Shown here piece by piece: positions 59,000 to 64,000 of a DNA stretch of 64,000 nucleotides. The position numbers and the translations under genes were made by a program. The stretch is from NCBI GenBank assembly GCA_010909165.1, contig VJWM01000117.1, positions 744,001 to 808,000 of the forward strand, read 5' to 3'. Under the pieces are notes generated by a model that did not search any database, was not told the DNA's origin, and saw only the letters and a program-made list of their open reading frames with translations. This DNA comes from Anthoceros angustus (lineage: Eukaryota > Plantae > Anthocerotophyta). Numbering within the stretch: the first letter of the stretch is position 1; every line of letters begins with the position of its first letter.

Positions 59000-60740
59000 T
59001 TGTCGGTAACGGTACAGATCCGCATGTTGGGCCTTTCACATCGACGACGACAAAAATGCTCTCTTGAGGACGAGTTCTTCTCACATGAGCTCTCATTGCA
59101 AGGATTGAGGGTCAAGCTCTCCAAGTGCAGAGTTTGGTCTCCGTCGAGGCCCCTACTTTACAATTCCTCGCTCGTAAGATTGCTTCTGCTCCAAGGTTAT
59201 GGATTTTGGTTGCCCCATTTGGATATCTCAACTTTGATGGGAGCTTTTCGGACCAGGCATTGGCAGATGACCTTTCCCACATCAAAGACCTTCCTTTGCT
59301 GGAGGACCCTCAAGTGGCTTTTGGCATTCTCTCCTCATGCTTTGCCAAACGCCTAGGTTACCTTATCCACACATATTGCCTCTTTCTGCACTTCTTCTAT
59401 TTCGTCTAAAGGAATTCGATAAGAAGATCATGGGTGTCTTGGGACAAATTCTAGGCCCAAAGGCTTTTGAGTGTGCAGCAGGAAATCTAGCATGTCGGCA
59501 AGCATCCTTGCTGATAGCTTATGGCGGGACAAGTCTGGTTTCCATGGAGAAATCCTCGCCATCGGCGTTTTTGGGCAGCTGGGCTTTGTCTGCCTTTGCT
59601 CTAGCCTCGCGTTCTTGCTTCAGAATAAGCCCTTTTTGGAAGACTTCGTATCAAGAGTTGAAGAAGAAACCTTCTCTCTTCAAGTGTCCCGAAGACAAGC
59701 TAGAGATATGTTATCAATGAAAGCAAGACAACTCTTCCCTCCTTTCATGACCTTCCTCAACTATGGTTTCAGGGGGTTGCAAGCATCCTTACTTCACAAA
59801 CAACTTGGCCAGGCTTTCCAGTCCATCCTTTCAGACCCTTATATTCCAAGGAACACAAGAGCCCATCTCTGCTCTTGTTATGGGAAGGGTGTAGAAGCTT
59901 GACTATTGGCTTGTCCATGCATACGGGGATTTCACATCGCACCTACAACCTTCACTACAACGATGCGCTTCCGTCTGGGCTTCGTTTAGCCAGTGGCTTT
60001 GCCTTGGTCGCATCTGGAGTGCAGCTTGCTCGTTGTCATAATGGAGGTCAATGTATTGCCACCCATGATGCCATTCATGACGTTAGGTTTACAATGGCTC
60101 GTGAAAGTGGTTATATGGCTTGGAGGGAGCGTTGGTATGTTTTACGTACATGAAAGACGGTCATAGCCCGACTTGTACCTCGTCCAGAGTAACCAAGTCT
60201 CAGTGGCAGACGTGGTGGTTACTGACCCTACACGGGAATCCACCTCTGAACAGGTTATCCTAAACCGTCCAGGCTGGGCGGCAACTAGAGCGGCGGCTTT
60301 CAAGGTTACTAAGTATAGGGGAATGCAGTCAGGTCACCTATTCATTCCGCTTGCGTTGGAGACTTATGGACATTGGCTAAAGACTTCAATAAATTTATCA
60401 AGTCCTCTGCCAAAACATACCATGCAAGGAGATATGGAGTGGGACTACCTCTCTCCTATTTCACAACGTTCTTTCGGCAAGGGGAATCCATTACCCTTCA
60501 AAGGGCACTTGCAGGGGCTATCTTATAGACAATAGTGACTGCTGGAGATGCATCCTCGACTAGTTCAGTGTGTAGGCCATTCAATCTCCTCAGTTATGAC
60601 ATTATAGGTCCTATATGTGACTTTAGACATGGGAGCTTAGTTGCTCCTTCTTTCCCATGACCCTTTGAAGGAAGGAGTTCCGTTGCGGGTCTTCCTTTAG
60701 TAGATGGGTTCACCCATCTCCTGTTTCCTTAATAAAAACT
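59000..60740 (+). mobile_element. Decayed, 5'-truncated CRE-like non-LTR retrotransposon (post-RT region, Cys/His knuckle remnant, restriction-like endonuclease)
   Basis: Remnants RQASL...GG, C.H.GG...THD, PDLYL...VADVVVTDPT...AATRAAAFKVTKY...LFIPLALETYG; terminal hairpin and AATAAAA at 60702-60737. Confidence 0.7.
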
Positions 60741-61365
60741 ACTGCAGCTTGGAAATATGAACCCATGTGCTACTACGCTCTTAGAATTCAGCTATGGGCA
60801 AATGGACAGTTTGCTTCGTATCCAATATAGCACATATATGTACATGGGCTTCTTGGCCGCGCATGCCGGTTTAACCACCTAGTTCTTGGTTTTCTATACT
60901 AGACGTTAGGTTGTCGGGTTGACTACGAAGGGCCTGTGGCCGGCGTCCTGTTTCACCATGGACGCATATTACGTACTTGGGGCTTCCGATATCGAGCGAA
61001 GGCAAAGAAGCTCACAGAACCCGGAAACCGAGAACGTGGACCCTGGTTGGTGGCCGCCTTGCCCTAACTCTCTCCCATAACGAAAGACGCACCTATGTAA
61101 GGGGCCGCCCGTACTCCTTTCTCCGGGTAATTTGTAGTACTTAGTTTGTCCCTTGTTATTAGGGAGCTCTTTGTTCAAGTTTGCTTCCATTTCATCACCT
61201 ACCGGTTGTGTTGATCCATAATTGGTGTGAATGGTGTTGTGAAACCAAAGGGTTTGGCGGTTTGGTTTAGGTCTAAGGTTTTGGGTTCGCTGCTCTCGCT
61301 GGGTGGACATGGTCCAGGAGGGATGATGTGCGAGGGGGGCGATAGTTCAGGCGGGAAAGCTTATC

Positions 61366-63681
61366 ATGTGGTGCAATGTGCACTGTAGGCGAGCAGCAGG
61401 CAGACTGCTAGGCAAGTTCAGGGCTAGCCAGCAGCAGTATGACAATGGATCAGCTGACTTGCCTCCCATATTGTCTCCGCTTCGAATGTCAAAGCAGTAT
61501 CATACCTTGATGTACCTCAATGCTGCCAGTGTTCTGAGGAGGGAAGCACATTTCCTGAACTGTTCATATCAACTACTACTGCCTTCGAATGGTGGGGAGT
61601 CTTTGCAGAAGTGGGATCCGTGTTACAGGTTTCTAGGAGGACGGCATGTGGGAACCAGAGCACAGCCTGATACTGTGCTTGATGTCCAGGCCCCGAGAGT
61701 GTTGAAGATCTTCACATATGAGATAGAAGCAGGTGCTGATTGTCTGCAAAGCTACCTGGAATATTGCAAGAATGTCAACCCAGCGTATACTGCTTTCATA
61801 ACCAGGAACGCTCCAAGTTTTGTCAGAAAGCTAGTTTCAGCTGTAAAGCATGATCAGGTGTTTCAGGAATTGCTACTGGATTGTAAGGGGAAGAACAGCA
61901 AGACTGATTTGCTACGGCTTTGTACTGAAGATTACCTCAATAGACATGACATAAATGAGGTAGAACCGTTTCTAGAGAGCATTGGCCTGGATCCCAGGAG
62001 AATTGCTGAGACCTTGGCTACGACATCCTTTGAGCTGGACGGGGATTGTGGCCTGCTGGCCCTGGCAGCTGAACTGGAAAGACATGGACTACCTATGACC
62101 AGCTTGTGGCAACTAATAGAGAAAGACAGCATGACACTTCTGAAGTGCACTCCTGGTGATCTGCGGGAGAGGATTTTGTCCCTGCAGAGGCTGGGAGTTC
62201 CAACCCATCATGTGGTGGACGTGTTGCAAGTTTGCCCTAGGGTTCTGAGGACCAATTTAGAAGAAAAGCTGCAACCTTTGCTGCAATGTGTAGAAAAAAT
62301 TGGACTGGGTAAGGAGGTCATTGGATCCCTCCTGAGGTATGATCCTGAGGAAGTGATTCGAGACAATGGAAGCAAAGCATCTGACAATATCCAGTTTCTC
62401 TGGGACGTGGGGGTGTCCACGTTGCAGATCTCGAAAACATTACAAAGCCACCCACAATTGGTAGTGAAGGGCCATCTGGCACCCCAGGTGGAGTATCTGC
62501 AGACGTTTGGAATTGATATCAAGAGTATTATTGCCTCTAACCCATCCTTTCTTGGCAGTAGTCCTGAGAAGAATCTGCAGCCCAAGATAGAATTCCTGGA
62601 GAAAATTGGTGTCCCGAGGAAGAGACTATCTTCAATATTCCAGCGGTGCCCACAAATTCTTGGTCTCAGCATTGCAAAGATTTTGCTACCTAAACTGCAG
62701 TTCTTGCGTGACAGAGGGGTGGCTGAAAGTAGTATTGGTTCTGTCATTGACCGTTGCCCACAACTTCTGTATTACAGCATCCAAAAGAACATGATGCCTA
62801 AAGTTGCGTACCTAGAGAGCCTAGGTGTAGACATCAAAAGGGTATTTGAAAAGGCCCCAGGCATTATGGAGTTGAGCATTGAAAGTTCTATGGTCCCTAA
62901 GGTTGAGTTCCTGTTGTCCATTGGGATTGAGAAACAAGTGGTTGGCAGGATGATTTCATCATGCCCAATTCTTATGTTAAGAAGTGTGGAAGGGTCGTTG
63001 AAGCCAACTTTGGATTTTTTCCGAGGGATAGGGTTGCAGGATGATAAGTTGTGCAGACTGGTGGTTAGCCGACCTCGTGTCTTTACACATGCTGTGGATG
63101 GAAGCCTTGCAGCATTGGTCAAACTCCTGCTGGATTTAGGTTTCCAGGAAGGATCAATTGCTATGGGCAATGGTGTAGCATGCTGTTTCAGCGTTGGTGC
63201 CACTACAGTGAGAGCTCGATACCAGCATCTTTTAAGCTTCGGGTTTTCTAGGTCTGATGTCACATCCTTAGTTATGCGGCAGCCTTCCATTTTCCATGTG
63301 AAGGAGGATTGCATTACAGACAAGATGAATTTTTTCAGGGACATAGGGCTTCCTTTGGCTGCCATAGTCCGCACTCCAGCATTCCTAAGCTACAGTCTTG
63401 AACAGCGAATGAAACCTCGATGGAGAGTGATTCAATGGCTCAAACAGACGGGGCACTTGAAGAGGGACTACTCCTGGGGGACAATTTTTGTGGTGTCGGA
63501 GAAGTCGTTTGCTGAGCAATTTCTGAGTTGTCATCCTGAAGCTAATGCTGTGTTTATAGGCATTTCTGACGAAATCTTGTGTAACCAGTCACCATTCGAT
63601 TGTCTTCACAATTTGCAAATGGAGACAGATCCAGAGGTTGATAGTGATTCCGAGGGTCAAGTTTGCGCAGCTGCAGGATGA
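61366..63681 (+). CDS. mTERF family protein, 771 aa, no introns in CDS
   Basis: Organelle-type N-terminus plus many ~30-aa mTERF repeats (P.IL..S.EK.L.PK..FL...G; PAFLSYSLEQRMKPR). Confidence 0.92.
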   Translation: MWCNVHCRRAAGRLLGKFRASQQQYDNGSADLPPILSPLRMSKQYHTLMYLNAASVLRREAHFLNCSYQLLLPSNGGESLQKWDPCYRFLGGRHVGTRAQPDTVLDVQAPRVLKIFTYEIEAGADCLQSYLEYCKNVNPAYTAFITRNAPSFVRKLVSAVKHDQVFQELLLDCKGKNSKTDLLRLCTEDYLNRHDINEVEPFLESIGLDPRRIAETLATTSFELDGDCGLLALAAELERHGLPMTSLWQLIEKDSMTLLKCTPGDLRERILSLQRLGVPTHHVVDVLQVCPRVLRTNLEEKLQPLLQCVEKIGLGKEVIGSLLRYDPEEVIRDNGSKASDNIQFLWDVGVSTLQISKTLQSHPQLVVKGHLAPQVEYLQTFGIDIKSIIASNPSFLGSSPEKNLQPKIEFLEKIGVPRKRLSSIFQRCPQILGLSIAKILLPKLQFLRDRGVAESSIGSVIDRCPQLLYYSIQKNMMPKVAYLESLGVDIKRVFEKAPGIMELSIESSMVPKVEFLLSIGIEKQVVGRMISSCPILMLRSVEGSLKPTLDFFRGIGLQDDKLCRLVVSRPRVFTHAVDGSLAALVKLLLDLGFQEGSIAMGNGVACCFSVGATTVRARYQHLLSFGFSRSDVTSLVMRQPSIFHVKEDCITDKMNFFRDIGLPLAAIVRTPAFLSYSLEQRMKPRWRVIQWLKQTGHLKRDYSWGTIFVVSEKSFAEQFLSCHPEANAVFIGISDEILCNQSPFDCLHNLQMETDPEVDSDSEGQVCAAAG

Positions 63682-64000
63682 TACTGTTTGATGTTTTAGT
63701 CCACCATGCGAAGCAACTGGTTTTGTTCCGCAAATTATATCGTGAAAGGGAAAAACTCGGATGCAGGCTTTAACGTCGAGATGCCATTTAATACCCAGGT
63801 GACGGTTGTCATAGCCTGCGGAATGCTTATCTGGACTACCCAAGGCTATGTGAGGTTCCCAGACACGGGATGGAAACAGCAGAATATGGCAAAGTCTGGG
63901 GTTCTCAATCTCATGTTCCCAGACAACTTATTTCCGCTAAATCCTCTACCCACTGCGGTATCAAACTCCATCCCTGTGCAACCAGGCTCCGTGGTACAGC

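Noticed and set aside
63781-64000. Open frame running off the window end
   Set aside because: Short, with no recognisable motif; cannot be evaluated.

Overview
Eukaryotic land-plant nuclear DNA, most likely a hornwort such as Anthoceros. This is inferred from short introns, very high gene density, and PLS-PPR genes carrying KPAxA/GRP-type and PGxSWW-type C-termini. 1.4-17.2 kb is a tightly packed housekeeping cluster: calmodulin, NNF1/PMF1-like, CRR6, MGR2/ROMO1, PLS-E+ PPR, PPO2, acylphosphatase, plastid-type RPS13 and a NAK/AAK1-like kinase. 18-31.4 kb is a block of nested tandem duplications joined at 7-10 bp microhomologies. It contains DHX37-like helicase fragments, an orphan coiled-coil ORF, and a PPR gene that combines an N-terminal OSB-type PDF (WWDNR...PDF) ssDNA-binding motif with a PLS array and a DYW:KP GRP-type (candidate U-to-C) domain. 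31.9-56 kb is accessory DNA: a WW-type PPR with a decayed DYW, a deleted papain-like protease, an intronless Streptomyces-like GH46 chitosanase (candidate HGT) with a repeat array upstream, further tandem duplications, a divergent tri-ubiquitin and RLE-type LINE fragments. The window ends with a TrmL-like methyltransferase, a decayed CRE-like LINE and an intronless mTERF gene. Many frameshifts in the duplicated blocks are 1-bp homopolymer differences and may be long-read consensus errors.
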